Made by a program: the position numbers and the translations under genes | Shown here: one piece after another, positions 25,706-39,120 of the stretch | How the letters are laid out: every line of letters begins with the position of its first letter | Numbering within the stretch: the first letter of the stretch is position 1 | Source: Hydrolagus affinis | Lineage: Eukaryota | Direction of reading: 5' to 3' | DNA length: 64,000 bases | Assembly: GCA_012026655.1 (NCBI GenBank) | Contig: JAAILG010000792.1 | Coordinates: 1 to 64,000 of the forward strand | Notes under the pieces: generated by a model | Told to the model about the DNA's origin: nothing | The model's input: the letters and a program-made list of their open reading frames with translations, nothing else | Database searches by the model: none

Positions 25706-27315
25706 TATTCTCAATGCACTATACAACAACAACAACAAAATGACACCTTGTATAGCGCCTTTCATGCAAGGAGGACGTCCCAAGGCGTCCCAAGGACATC
25801 CCTATATTGTCACCATCTTAATACATTTGAACTGTCTAATAAGTGCTTCAGGTAACATGAGTGAACGAGAAATATTTGTTAGCCCAGTTAAGTTAGTTTA
25901 TAAAAGTAACATACAATAAATAACATTGTGATTTGCAATAAATACACTCTTCTATGAGCCTCTTTTGACCTCAATTTGTTTTGTAAAACGTTTTAGCAGC
26001 ATTCTAGCTACTCTATAACACAATGCCTTCCCACAATGAATGTGGTGTTATTGGCCACCCTGAGTTATAGCAATTAACTAGCGCTGTTAGCATTTGAATG
26101 TTAAACCAGCTGAATCAGGGCAGAATGGATACTGCAGTGATCTCGCTTAAAAGGCACATGCCTACTGCAGCCCAGGGTGCAGACCAGTCACGCTGCTGCC
26201 TATTATCTTCACAGTTTGAATCTGGATTAAGAATGCTTTCCATGATTACGTTTTTTCCTCTCAGACAATGTCCAGTATCATTGCAATATGATTTAAACAA
26301 TTGAGGTTTCATTTTTACGCTAAATAAATCTCCTAAGATTAATATACTTGGAGAATTGCTCTAGTAATTTTAAAACAAAGTACGCTAAATTCCTATTTGT
26401 CCAGAATATGCCAGTGAGCTGTGTGTCAGACACCTCATGGCTGTCTGAATGCTACACTGTTGCAAATGAAATAATAGTTTTTTTAAAAAAGTTTCCCTTT
26501 ATTAGTTTTACTGTTAAGAAAATTCATTAAAATGCAACCATATGGAGTTAGTAGACTGTTGTGACTGTTGTTAGAAAGAATTACAGTTTTCTGGGTTTCA
26601 GTTCAGTAACACATGAGTGGCTTCCATTCCCCTAGAGAACCTGGAGCCTGTGTTTTGTTATTTTGCTCCGCATGCAGAATGCGTGCCTGAGGGATCAACA
26701 ATAGTCTCACACCTATTATTCTGTGTCCTTTTCTACAGTGAACCCCAATATATAATACAGGAGCTAATGAGCACTAAAAACACAGTCATGGGCGAAACAT
26801 TAGGCAAGTTTCCTTACTCCACACTTCCGTAACTCTGTGCGACACTGAGGTCTGCAAATGGCTGTTGCGTTTCGCCCGAAAAATACACAGTGAATCCATT
26901 TAAGAATATATTCTGTAAAGCAATTTGAGACATGATAAGGTTTTAATATCAAATGCAAGTATTATTATTACTAAACAGTACAGTATAGAAAATGTAAAAG
27001 TCTTGTCACCACCTTCCAATGCATTCACTTGTATAAAAAATCCCTCCTTTATAGGTTTGGCATTTCCTTAGCATTCTACCCTTGCCACAGGGAATTTGGA
27101 AGAGGGGAGAATTTAGACCATTGAGTATTTTTCTTAAACACTAAATTAATCTCCCAAGATTAATATAGTACTTGGAGAATTGCAGTAACAGTGCTGGCTG
27201 TTCTTGGAATAGATACATACTGAGATATACAGCAGAACTCTGACAATTTGGAGTGAAAACACGGCAGTTTCTGGATGCACGGTTGTGCCAGAATATTCAA
27301 ACAATTGTTTAGATT

Positions 27316-27403
27316 CCCAGGTAACAAGCCCATATGGACCCCATATGGGACAAATTGGGTTGATCCATGCCCATATGGGCCCCACATGGGCTTGATACCT
27401 GGG
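27316..27403. mobile_element. 88-bp foldback MITE with CCCAG termini and 2-bp TT duplication (CACTA/EnSpm-like)
   Basis: TT|CCCAGGTAACAAGCCCATATGGACCCCATATGGG ... CCCATATGGGCCCCACATGGGCTTGATACCTGGG|TT; 34-bp arms with 4 mismatches. Confidence 0.65.
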
Positions 27404-29363
27404 TTGGAGCTGGTGTCTCTCTGAGGCCTTGACATATCCATGTGCTGGATATATTCCTGTCTCTACCTCCCTGGCTAGAGTTCATAGCAGTTTTGTACCA
27501 GACGCAGACTTGGTTTAATTTTTTTTGTGGTTGAATAATAGACTCTTTCGCTTAAAAGAACTTATCAAAGAGTGTGATAAATGAATTGGCTGACACCAAC
27601 CAATGGAAATTCAAGATCAAGTATGTTGTTGACCAAAGCAAGACCCAAGATGTGTGTTTTTAGAAGGTTTTTGAAGGGCATAAGAGAGGTACCAAAGTGG
27701 TTTTGGAAGCTTCCCCACCCCCTTCCCCCAAGTATGGGGCAAAGCAACTGAAAGCTCAGCTTTTTGTGTGGGTGAGGAGCAAACAACAAATTTGGAAGAG
27801 CGAAGAAGACTGAGCAAGTGGAGTGAGGAGAGGAGGCCTGGGAGCAATTTGAAATGCAATTTTGCGGTGACTTTTTCACTCTAGATTGGATGTTTGTTTA
27901 GTACTTGAAGTAAATGTGATTTCATTTTAAGTTGCCCATATTTGGCATACAAAGCAAGATGGTGTGTCCAAGCTGCCTGACTAACTAACAATCTGAAGCA
28001 CGTTTCTGACCTTCTCTGTATGGATTTTGAAAGTAAATGAGTTTGGAAATCTGAAGCAGTTGCCTAGGTATTCATTCTCCCGCAGTGTGAACTTTTGGTT
28101 AGAAAGGCCAGGCTACTGCTGTTTGAAGTACTTAGATTGGCAGAATGAAGGCTTGTAACTTGTTCCAGCTGTTAATTGCCCTTTGCATAAAGAAATACCT
28201 CCTGGGGTCTATCCTAAAATTGCTCGCCACAACCTGTGAACCTGTGTTCTCTAGTTCTACAGCCTTGGAGGTACTCACACGGCATTAATCTTAAAAAACA
28301 TGCTGCCGTGTGGAGGTGTTGAGCAGAAGCCACGTGTTTGACCGAAGGAAGGATTGGAAAAACAGAGGGAGATGCCCCCTGCCCGCGGCTGCACTGCACA
28401 GTGCCACGAGCTTGCCTAAGACTGTTATATAGCGTAGAAAGGGTCCGTGGAAAGTTAAAAGAACAAGCAGCGATAAAATGGTACGGTTTCTCCCTTTTTA
28501 TAATCATGTGGGTTATTTACACTGAATGCAACCTTGTGCCGCGCGTGTGCAAAATGTTCTAATTTAGCTGCGGTGTGAAACACAGTTGTCAAAAATACAG
28601 GTATTCCTCTGAAACCAAGTAATTCTGTCTGCGCTGCTAATCTGTTCATTTCATGCACAAGTGGTGAGGAATCTGCATACTGATCTTGTTTGAATAGGGG
28701 AATATGTTGGAATTATAGAGATCAGTTTCACTGCAGATTTATTTGAGGTGGAAATTTTTCCTTCACCACAAGTCCTTCGTACACATCCTGGTATGTGCCT
28801 GTAAGATTTATATACTGTCATTACATACTTAACATAGCTTTGGTCTTCCTGTTTTTAATGCAGTTTTGTTGAATGTTTAAACATAATGGAATCAAGGAAT
28901 TCCCAATGACTTCCCGATGGCGGAGATGAGGGGAGTGGGGGGTCAAATGCACATGAGGTGCAATATTTAGATGTGCAGATCGAGAAGGTCCCAGGTGCAA
29001 TCCTTGCTTTGTGTTGTGTTAAATTGAGTTTGTCCAGGGCGGTAGTAGAGATGCTGCAGTTGGCCTCAGTTTTTCTGAAAGAAGAAAGAAAATCGCTGAC
29101 AAGTCCTGGCTTCCTTCAGGTATCTAGTGAGCGCTGGTGTAGGGAACTGGATAGCAGTGGCTCAGTTGTGTTGAAGTCCTCTGAGATGCCGTCCGGCATG
29201 GAGGGCACTATATAAATCGAAGTTGTTGTTTTTCCCCTCCTCCATGGTCAACATGCCCGACAAGGTGGTTAAGGTTCACACCTAAAGAATAAACCATTGG
29301 GAAAGCTCAAATGACACTGTAGAGTTGATTTGCAAACGTGAGTGCACAGTAGCCTTGTAAAAC

Positions 29364-29730
29364 TAATAATAATAATCCTTGCATTTGATATAATGCTTTT
29401 CACATCTTCTAGACAACTCAAAGAATTTCACAGAACATACTGTAAAGTGAATTGACTGTATATGTGTGAGAGAAATGTGGCAGCCAATTGCGCACAGAAG
29501 TGTCCCACAAACAGTCGTGAATTCAAGTGAACAATTTTATTGTTTTTTTTCTTTAGGGATTATTATCACACTCCTGGGATTTCTTCCCATCGTGAAAGGT
29601 GCTCTACACATGTAATTTTGTCGTTGTTGTATGCAATAAGGAAACCTGCCCAAGTTTGCGCCCTGCCCTGAATCAAATCCAGGTGTCTTGCTTTCGAGAC
29701 CAGTGCTCTAACCACTGAGCTACAGGACTC
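29364..29730 (-). mobile_element. Young tRNA-SINE with an opposite-strand L2 tail stub inserted (~29567-29630)
   Basis: SINE tail, body and head are collinear around a ~65-bp ggga..cgtgaaaggtgctctacacatgtaattttgtcgttgttg stub. Confidence 0.8.
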
Positions 29731-31317
29731 GCTATATTTTGCATAGATGTGCTGCTCTCCCAAAGAGTAAATTAATATTTGTACATCTGGAAATGTTCGA
29801 TATTTGCCCAGTTTACAGAACTTCATTTTCAACATCTCATCTGAAGGAAGGTTCCTCCAACATTGTAGTGCCAGCCTGGGTAATGGATTTAAAGTCGCAA
29901 CATGGGGCTTGAACCCCCAACTTTCTGATTTGGAGGCAAGAGTATTTCCAGCACAGACACCTAACTATGACATCCTTGGGACACCTTGGTACGTCCTCCT
30001 TACGTGAAAGGTGCCAATTTTACTGTTCTTGTTGTTATCAAGTGAACTGATAAGTGGATCTTGCCAAGTGGAGTTATTGATTATAAAGTGTTGAAATGTT
30101 TATCCATCTCTCTTCATTACTTTTGCTTTTGGACCTGCCAAATGGGCTGCAATAATCTTTTCTGGTCATTTACACTTCTATGTAAACATATGTAAAGTGC
30201 CACATTGAGATTGCTTCATCATCTGGATCCGCTGTTGCAATCTGGAAGCACCAGAGATTAATAATGCAGAAATGTATTTTTTTAATATATATAATTATGT
30301 TACTGATCTGGTAAATAGATTTGCATGTCACTGGATCTTTAACAATGATTTCCAGATGACATGTTTATTGAGAAATTCTATTTATTTGTTAGGTGCATTA
30401 GAGAGTCTTTAATTGCATTTAGTTCCAAGATCATATTTAATTGCAACGCACTGCACAACGCACAAAAAAACAAATGCCTGGGTACTTGGTCTGAGGTAAT
30501 CAAAGACAGTAATTTGACTACAGAACCCAGCGCACTGAATAAAGGAAATATATTAACCAGACCTATCATAGATCTTCCTTAATGGATGGAAAAAATATCG
30601 ATGCCATTAGTTCCACGCCAGTTTCTTTTCCCATTCTCAAAGCTTTAGTGCATAACTTATAAATCTCCTTTCATCAGCTCTGTGACTTGCTCAAAGCAAG
30701 CCCAACATCAAGCAGTGCCCAAAGAGGGAATGTCAGTGAAGGTTGAATGGGCAATCAAATTATTACGAATTCCAGGGTGTAAGCTAATGGACTTAGATAA
30801 TGTGATCAGTTGTCATTCTCTGTGCCCTTGTGCCATTGGACATACTTAGTGTGCCTAAAGGAAATGAAATTGCATGTTTTCTTACATTTCATTATAAAAT
30901 ATTGGAAATGTATTTACTTAAAGGAGATTCTTTCAATTGCCATTGTATAAACCTGAGATTCCCAGTGGATTGTCTTTTTGCGTCTCCCTTAGCTATGAAA
31001 GATGTATACAATTTATAACTCAATTGTTTCCTATTTTTGCAACATTTAAAACTGATGTTTAGTTCTTTATTGGAGGAGCCAAGCAATTTTAACTTCCAAC
31101 ACAATTATCTTTTTCAGTGTGAGCAATGTATTCACTGATTTAAACCTGTGTAGAAAATGTACTTGTTCTTGGCTGGAATAAATGCTTTCATGTAGATTAA
31201 TGCCCATTATTTATCTAAACAACTCTGTGTAATGACAGTATTTCAGAGCATTTGTGCAGAGCGTACTTTACAACGGCAATACTAACTTCCAAATGTAAAT
31301 TGACTCTGTTCATAGAT

Positions 31318-31810
31318 ATCGGTTCAGTTTGTAGCAATCCTGAGTCAGAAGCTTGTGGGTTCAAGACCCTACTTTGAACTCATAGTCTCGGCTGACACTC
31401 TAATACAGGGCTGTGGTGTGCTGCGTTGTCGAAGGTGCATTCCTTCGTATCAGATATTAAACTGAAGTCCGTCCTTTTTGCTTCTTTAAAGATCCCTTGA
31501 CACTGTGCGAAAAGAAAGAGAGTTTCTCCTGGAGCCTTGGTCAACAATCCCCCAAATATTCTGTGAAGCACTTTGAGAGTCTAGAAGACGTGATAAGGCG
31601 CTATATCAAATGCAAGGATTATTATTATTATAAATAATTTGATCATTCACTTCATGGCTGTTTGTGGGACATTGCTATGCGCAAACTTGGCTGTCACATC
31701 TGCCTACAAAATATAGAGTCACTTCACTACAGTAAGTCTTGCAAAGTGTTTTGAGACATCCTCCAGATGTGAAAGCTGTCATGTCAAATGTAAGGATGTT
31801 TATTATTATT
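31318..31810 (+). mobile_element. Deu-domain SINE (SacSINE1/AmnSINE1-like) with a younger SINE tail inside
   Basis: ctgagtcagaag..gtgggttcaag head, ggctgacactc..gctgcgttgtcgaaggtgc, and Deu core aaagatcccttgacact..gagtttctcctgg..cttggtcaaca. Confidence 0.7.
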
Positions 31811-32469
31811 TAGTTTTTTGAAGCATTTCAAGTGCTTGAAAAGCTGAATCCCAGCAACATGAGGCAATGTTTACAAGCTGAAGGGTGGTTTTACAATCTG
31901 TCATTGAAACACAAAAAGTATTTTGTTCTTTCCTAATATAGTATATCTACTGCAAAAGCATGTTGTGCGTTACTTTTAAAAGAGTTCTCGAAAACATATT
32001 TTGCTTTCACATACTACTTACTACATGTGTTTGCTCTTAATATACAACATGTTTCTGCCCAAAGTACAAAAGTACCTTTGGGATGAAATATGTAACATTA
32101 ATGAGGCATTATGATTTATAAGTAGTGTTTTAATGCACTGCTGATAAATTTTAGTAACGTGTGTTCACTGACTTCAGCTTAAAAAAACATATGTTTACAT
32201 TGAAAACAAATCCCATATTTTCTTTTTCGAAGGCTCATATTTTATAACTGCGCTTGTTACTTTGGAAACTCATTAATTATAATTTTAAATTCTCATGGGT
32301 TTGAAAAAGCACATTCACCAAAGAAATGATTTTGTGCACTTGCAACACATAGACCTGTGGAAGTTTACAGCACAGAAAGAGATCATTTAGCCCATTTTTC
32401 CTGTGTTGGTTGGCACTCTTTTGTTCCTTTTTTCTGTCCTTTCCCCATATCCTTTTTTATTCTCCTTTT

Positions 32470-33640
32470 CAGCTGGTCTCCCTAGATCCACCTTCAATAA
32501 ACTTCGCCTTATTCAAACTCCTCTCCCTATATCCTTACACACACCACCCTCTGTCTGTCCATCACCCCAATTCTCGCCAGGTTCCTTTAGCTCCCTGTCT
32601 CTCAGCGGATCGATTTCATAGTCCTCATTCTCACCTATGAATCCCTCTGTGCCCTACCACCTCTCTATTGTTTCAATCCCCTTCTGCTCTACTCCTTTTC
32701 TTGCCCCCTCTGCTCGCCTGGCTTGTACAGGTCTCCCGCACTGCTTTCAGCACCATCAGTGGCCAAACTTTCCAATTCTATATATCTAATCCCTGGAACT
32801 CTTTAACTCTTCGTCTCTCCATTGAACTTCAAGTCCTATCTTAAAACATACTTCTCACATCTCATATTGACTCTCTCCCCCCGCCCACCCCCACCACCTG
32901 TAAACTGCTCTGACACAGGTGGAGAGTGCAATATAATGCAAGTTATATTTATCTAATTTTCCTTTTGAAAGCTAATATGTGAGCACAACAACAGCTTTAG
33001 TCAAAGTAACAAATGACATTTTGTCCATCTGCAACCGGGTTGCCTCTGCCTCCTCATGCTCCTTGACCTCCCTGCTGCCTTCGACACTGTTGACCACTCT
33101 ATCCGCCGCTGCCTCTTCTCCTCTCACCTCAACCTTCATAGGTTGAAACAGATCAGATCCTACCCCTTACACCGTTTCCACTTCATCTGCACAAATGGTT
33201 TCTCCTCTAGCCCCTGTACCATCTCATGCAGAGTTCCTCAGGGCTCTGTCCTTGGTCCCCTCCTCCTCATGTGCTCCCTCTTGGTGACATTATCAGTAGG
33301 ACATGGGGTCAACATTCACATATATAGGGATGAGGATGACATCCAATTCGTATCTCTCTGCCTCCACCCTCGACTCCAGGACCACTGCTGTCCCAGACAG
33401 AATATCTACAGATATCAAGTCCTGGATGAGAGCTAACTTTCTACAGTTGAATGTCAACAAGACCAAGACCCTGCTCAAGACCTTCCTATTCGATCATGCC
33501 TTGGATCACCCAGTTTCCACACCCGTCCTCCACCCTCCCCGATGCTGACCCGCAGCCTGGGTCCAAAACGCAGATTGTCCAGCGCCTTGGGAATACCTCT
33601 CAACGTGAAAGGTGCCTTACAAATGTAATTTTGTTGCTAA
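32470..33640 (+). mobile_element. Two decayed L2 LINE fragments (~32470-32950, ~32990-33640)
   Basis: [26 protein letters not shown]; [19 protein letters not shown]; L2 tail near 33580-33640. Confidence 0.8.
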
Positions 33641-34789
33641 TTAAGGTTGTGAATTCCACATGGTAAAAACCCTCTCGTTAAAAAAAAACTCTTTCGCTCT
33701 TTTGATAATTGCAGCAGAACCTTGTTCTAACATGTCTGGTTTAACACAGCTTCTGTCCTGTTGATCAGCACAAACTCTTCTATTTCAGTAGCACAAGGGA
33801 AAGCTTTCAGCAGAGAACAGTTAAAGCAAAGTGGGATTAATATATTTCAGTCCTTACTGCGATCAGAGAAGATCAATTAAAAGGTTAAACTATACCTGAA
33901 CTCTAATGGAAAAAGACAGCCAGAAATATTTCTTAGTTTGAAAAATGGAAGTTGGACGAGATACAGATGGATGTTCTAAATGTAACCAAACAGGGGATTT
34001 TGAGACCAGGTTCTGGACAATTTTATTTGGCAGGAAACCGTCTATGATAGGGAACAAAAAGAGGCATTTTGTACGATTGGACGAATTAGAGCGTCAAAGA
34101 TGGGAAAGAAGGGAACTGACGGGAGCTAAAGAGAAAATTAGAAGTGGGGAAAGAAAATTGGAAAAGAAAATTGGTGATGGCAAAGGAGAATACCAAGTAG
34201 GTGTGGAATTGGGTTTATTTGCAACAAAGGAAACGGGCAAAGCGCAGCTTGATCCTCTGAGAAATGAAAAACAAAATCTCAGAGAAACAACAGTGTCTCT
34301 AAGATAATGAAGGATCACCTTTGTTTTTCGGTTTCCCTGATGGAATATGGTCGATCCCAATTTTTTTTGAAGCCTAAATTAGTTGTATTCTTTCTTTGTA
34401 AGATTGGAGATCCACCAGGGTTTTCAGGCACGGAAGCAGCAGCTGAACCATCTGCAATCTCTAAAAGTGAATCCAGCAGCACTCTGCAATATGTGGTTGT
34501 GTTGGATAAGGTGCCAAGTCATTGCAGATGCATAGCTAGAGCAGAAAGAAAATGAACAGGTGATGTTTACGTACAGTGAATTCTGTCTTAAGAACCTGCT
34601 AGGCATGGTCTTGAACATTGTTTCTCACCAAACAATGTCTAAATTTACCTTGAAATTAATCCTTCAAATTACGGGAGATTTAAACAAGCAACACCTGATT
34701 TACTTGCCATCTGGAAACACAGCAAACGATCCACTTAAAATCTTTCCATCTCTTTTAAACTTTGTGTTGTATTCACTTTCTCAATGGAG

Positions 34790-35007
34790 CTCCAGTGTAG
34801 ATGATGGAAGAAGGGTAGATTAACCAAGTTTCTATCGAGAGGAAAGGTACAACAATGGACAGAAAACATGCTTTCATTGCAACACAACTGGACCAGAGAT
34901 TTTTTAAATAGAATCTCTGTAAATAATTGCTGTGGAGCAAAACCAGCAGAGACAACATTGAGCTAAATGGGCCCCTTCTGTTCTGTGATGCGTCTATGAT
35001 TCTATTA
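34790..35007 (+). mobile_element. Old CR1 3' end
   Basis: ctaaatgggccccttctgttctgtgatgcgtctatgattctat tail. Confidence 0.55.
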
Positions 35008-38000
35008 GGAATTTACATCCAAAGTTCAGTTTTGTTGCAGCAAAAGTGCTATCACCAGGTGGCAAACTTTCCAAGGATTGTTGCCTGTTATTAATCAGAA
35101 GGTTTCAATGGCCAGTTGTAAGTGAGTATAACTGTATCTATCGATAATGTTTTAACAATTTCCATGAGCCAGCATAGAGTCCCATTAGACTCCTCAACTG
35201 TTTACCAACACCGAACTGAGCAGCCCATATGATGCCCTTGATAGACGCGCTCGGAGTCTCAGACCCACTGAAATTTGTGTTACTTTTATCGGACCTGGTC
35301 CGATAAAATGAACCAGGGAACCCTTACTCAGGAACCACGCTACATCAGGGGTAATTTGATCCATTCTCTGAGATGCCGTCTGGCGTGGAGGGCTCTATAT
35401 AAATCCAAGTTGTTGTTGTTGTTGAGTATTTGCTGAAAAAAAGGTTGACTGTTGGTATAAATGTCACAGACTTTATGGATTTAGGACACCAAGTACAAAG
35501 GCAGAAGCAACTCATTTGACTTATGTCAGCTGATTTATAGTCCTTTGTATATTTATTTTGAACCAAAACCAAATTAGAACCATTATCTAAAACAGCAGAA
35601 ACCTTACTTTTGTAAATTCCCCCCTCTTTTCCTGAAGACACCAAAAGCTCCCTGGTTTTTAGTTCCAACAACAGCAACTTGCACTTCTATAGCGCCCTCC
35701 ACGCTGTTCTTTAAGTGCTCTGAGATGCTACCCGGGGTGGAGGGTGCTATATAAGTGCAAATTTCAGTGGCTATTCTTCATGTATGATCAAAGACGGTTT
35801 GTGTTGGCAGGTTGAGTGGCATTACAATTGAGCCAATCCAATTAATAATGATCTTAAGAATAAACTTAATATTTGATATATGTCCTTAGCATGTTGTTGA
35901 GTCTTGTCAATTCACTTCACAAGAATTACTGTGAGCCACAAACAGCCATAAAGTGAATGACTGATTTTATCAGAGAGATTGTTGACCAGGACATGGGGAG
36001 AAACGAGTTTCTCTTTTTGTACAAAGTCATGGGATGCTTAACATCTCTTGAACCTGAGTTTAATGTATCACCCGAAGGACGAGTTGTTGGCCATATCCAC
36101 ATGTTCATTTTTTAGCAGGAGTGACTGGACAGTGATTGGGAACAAATATCCTATTAATCTTTCTTTTCCCTTGAAAAGGAACTCAACTTTCTCAACATTG
36201 CCAAACCACATGCTGGAAGGATGTGTTTGCACCTCCAACAACAGCAACAACAAAATTACATTTATAGAGCACCTTTCACATTAGGAGGACGTCCCAAGGC
36301 GCTGAACCTACAAAATCTACACAGAGCAATTGTTGGATTGGGCAGAGAGCTGAAATTGATTTATAATTCCCATCGAGTTACTCTCAAAGTGGTTATGTAT
36401 AGGATGCCATCATTAGTGAAGGGCTGCAGTTGTCAAGCCAGAGGCTGGAGTGCGGCATAAACTGCTTTAAAAAAAGAAAATGAAACAAATATATTGAACA
36501 CTGGAATAGAAAAGAGAGTTCAGATATGTTTGAGAAACTGAACCTTTGTCAACCTTAGTAATTTAAAGTGCCAGATGTGCGGGTGTAATTTGAAGTATGG
36601 GGTGTGGACTGATGTGTGCAAGTGCTTTCTTTGGCTGTGTTGGCTTGAAGATGACATAGGGGGAAGCAAATTTAACATCAGCGTGCCTTCGACTCATTGG
36701 AAAAATAGGAAGTCACCAACAGTAAAGTTTCTTAAATATTAATGAGGTTTTATGGGCTGGGTCAAAGCCCAGACAAATAACATGATCTATGGGTTTGGGT
36801 GAACAATCTTTTTATGCAGCATTTCTCACTCTGCTTCCCAGGGTAGAAATTCCCTCATCCTTAAACTAAAATTAAAAATGATCTGCCAGTCATATTTAAT
36901 TGAATCAGGTGAGTGTGAACAAGAGAGGTTCTGTTGGATGTGCTCCCACTCATGAGCAAACAAAACCTGCACTTCGCAGGCAGTGAAGTTGAGATTGTAT
37001 AGTGGTCAGAGCCACGTATGTTATAGGATTTGGCCAATTAAATCTTCTCAGCCATATTATTAAATTATGGCTGTTATTTACCTTTCTAATCCCATTACCT
37101 CATCATGTTTGTTACCAGGCAACAATGCATTTTATTTATATCCTACAGTAAAATATTCCATTATGAAAGAAAAAAAGTATTTTAACCTCTGGTGTATCTT
37201 GGGGTTTCAGTTGATGCACTCAGTGGAGCGTTGGTTCATTTTGATGAATGGGAAGGAGCCTAGCGGTGTGCCTACGACTATTGGTTTTGTGCAGCCCAGA
37301 TTGAAGTTTTGGTTTGATGGCTTCACCCAAATTGAAGCTTGTTTCTACAGAAAACAGCTGCTCCAGTGATGACAGAACAAGCATTAGCAAGTGTTGTTAG
37401 TCTTGCCCGCTCACTGGATGATTAACTTATCTACATCAGCTGAAGTATAATTTGAATGAGTTTGGTCTGAACAAGCTGGATTTCAATCACAAAAGTGCAC
37501 ATGATGCTAATGGCATATTTAGCCAGAAGTGTATACCATTTTTCTTGCAATTTAATGCATCCAAATAGCTGAATCATCTGTTTAATAATTCATGGACAAC
37601 TTGATTCCTAAAATAATCAGTTGGTGTGGCACTAATCCTATATAACAGTCTGTAAACCTTGAAGTCTCACCTTTATTGGATTTTCATCAATCTTGATGAG
37701 TAATTCTGCTCTTCAGCCTCTGGGTTTCTCGAGACAAGCTGGGAGGTATCAGGGCAGCCATCCATGCAACTCTAATAAGCAGTTTATTCTTGTACACTCA
37801 TATTTGCTACCTCAATAACTTAAAAATATTTAATTGGATTTTCACTAAACACGCAAAGTCCATGCATCTTCTCAGATGTTTGGCTCCTTCAGAAAATGGT
37901 CATGCTAGAGTCCATGAGATGTTTGGCGTGCGCCCTCATACACACTGCATTACCAACTTGATTTAAAAACTTGACAAATGTCGGCCGCTTTTACAGCTTC

Positions 38001-39120
38001 GGTCACACACAGACAGGAGCACTGTCGGTGTCTACGGGAGACAGGTGAGCAGTCAGAAAAGCTGGAAGTTTTAAAAAATCATTTTACTTCACCTCGCCCC
38101 CTCCCTTCCCTGCTTCAATGCCGGTCCCAAGACCTTCCTTTTCGACCACACCATCGGTCACCTTTCTACCCCTACCCTCGCTGCTCTCCAACCATCATGA
38201 TCTCAACCCCAAATCGGGTGCAAATCCTTGACTGTCCAGCGCCTTGGGACGTTCTCCCCATGGGCAAGGCGCGAGACCAATATAATTTGTTGTTGTTAAG
38301 TGTAACCAGGAGAAACATTTTTTTAGTTGATGGAGAACTTCTATTTTTGATGTACTTTTGCAGTTTTGAAAATACCAGTGTTGGTGCAGTCATCCATACT
38401 TTCTCCCGTTTGTGATGTAAATTATTTTTGACGATAACGTGCCATCAGCCCTATCTTTGAAGTGCACGCCCCACTGGATTGTGTCACCTGTTTAACCTCC
38501 ACATACATGCATGAACAGGTCTACATCCTAATGGAGGAAATCACATAATAATGACTTAATACATTTGAAGTTGAGACAAGTGATCTCCCTCGCCCACCCT
38601 CACTGAATCTGACCCTGGTTTCTTGTCTGCCCTTCATTGTCCGCTCTGTTGCTCCACATCAGAAAGTTGTTCTTCCAACTTATAATTTTCTGAATTATTC
38701 CTTCCAGTTCATGGTTTGATTAATTCAATTTATAGCTTGCAGGCACATAGAGGATTTCAAAATCCTGATTGGTTTTGATAAGGTAAACAGAGAGATGAAT
38801 TCCACCGATAGGCAAGGCAACAGGAAGAGAACATAAATCAAGGATTATCACGAAGAAAAGGTGGGGAAGGTAGAATTAGAGTTTAGGGGATTGTTAGAGT
38901 GTGGAATCCCTTGCCATCAATATTAAAGTTGTATCAGTAATAATGATAATAATCCTTGCATTGATGTAATGCCTTTCATGTTGGGAGGATGTCTCAGAAT
39001 GCTTCACAGGATTTACTGTAAAATGTGACCGTGTATTTTGTAAGCAAATTAGGCAGCCAATTTGCATATAGATATTCCAACACAATGTTGGGGCTGGTAT
39101 GCATTATTCGAGACAATTAA

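Noticed and set aside
33945-34307. 120-aa Lys/Glu-rich ORF
   Set aside because: Purine-rich. AKEKIRSGERKLEKKI resembles the CR1 ORF2 linker region, so it is probably a decayed LINE; no splice or homology support for an exon.
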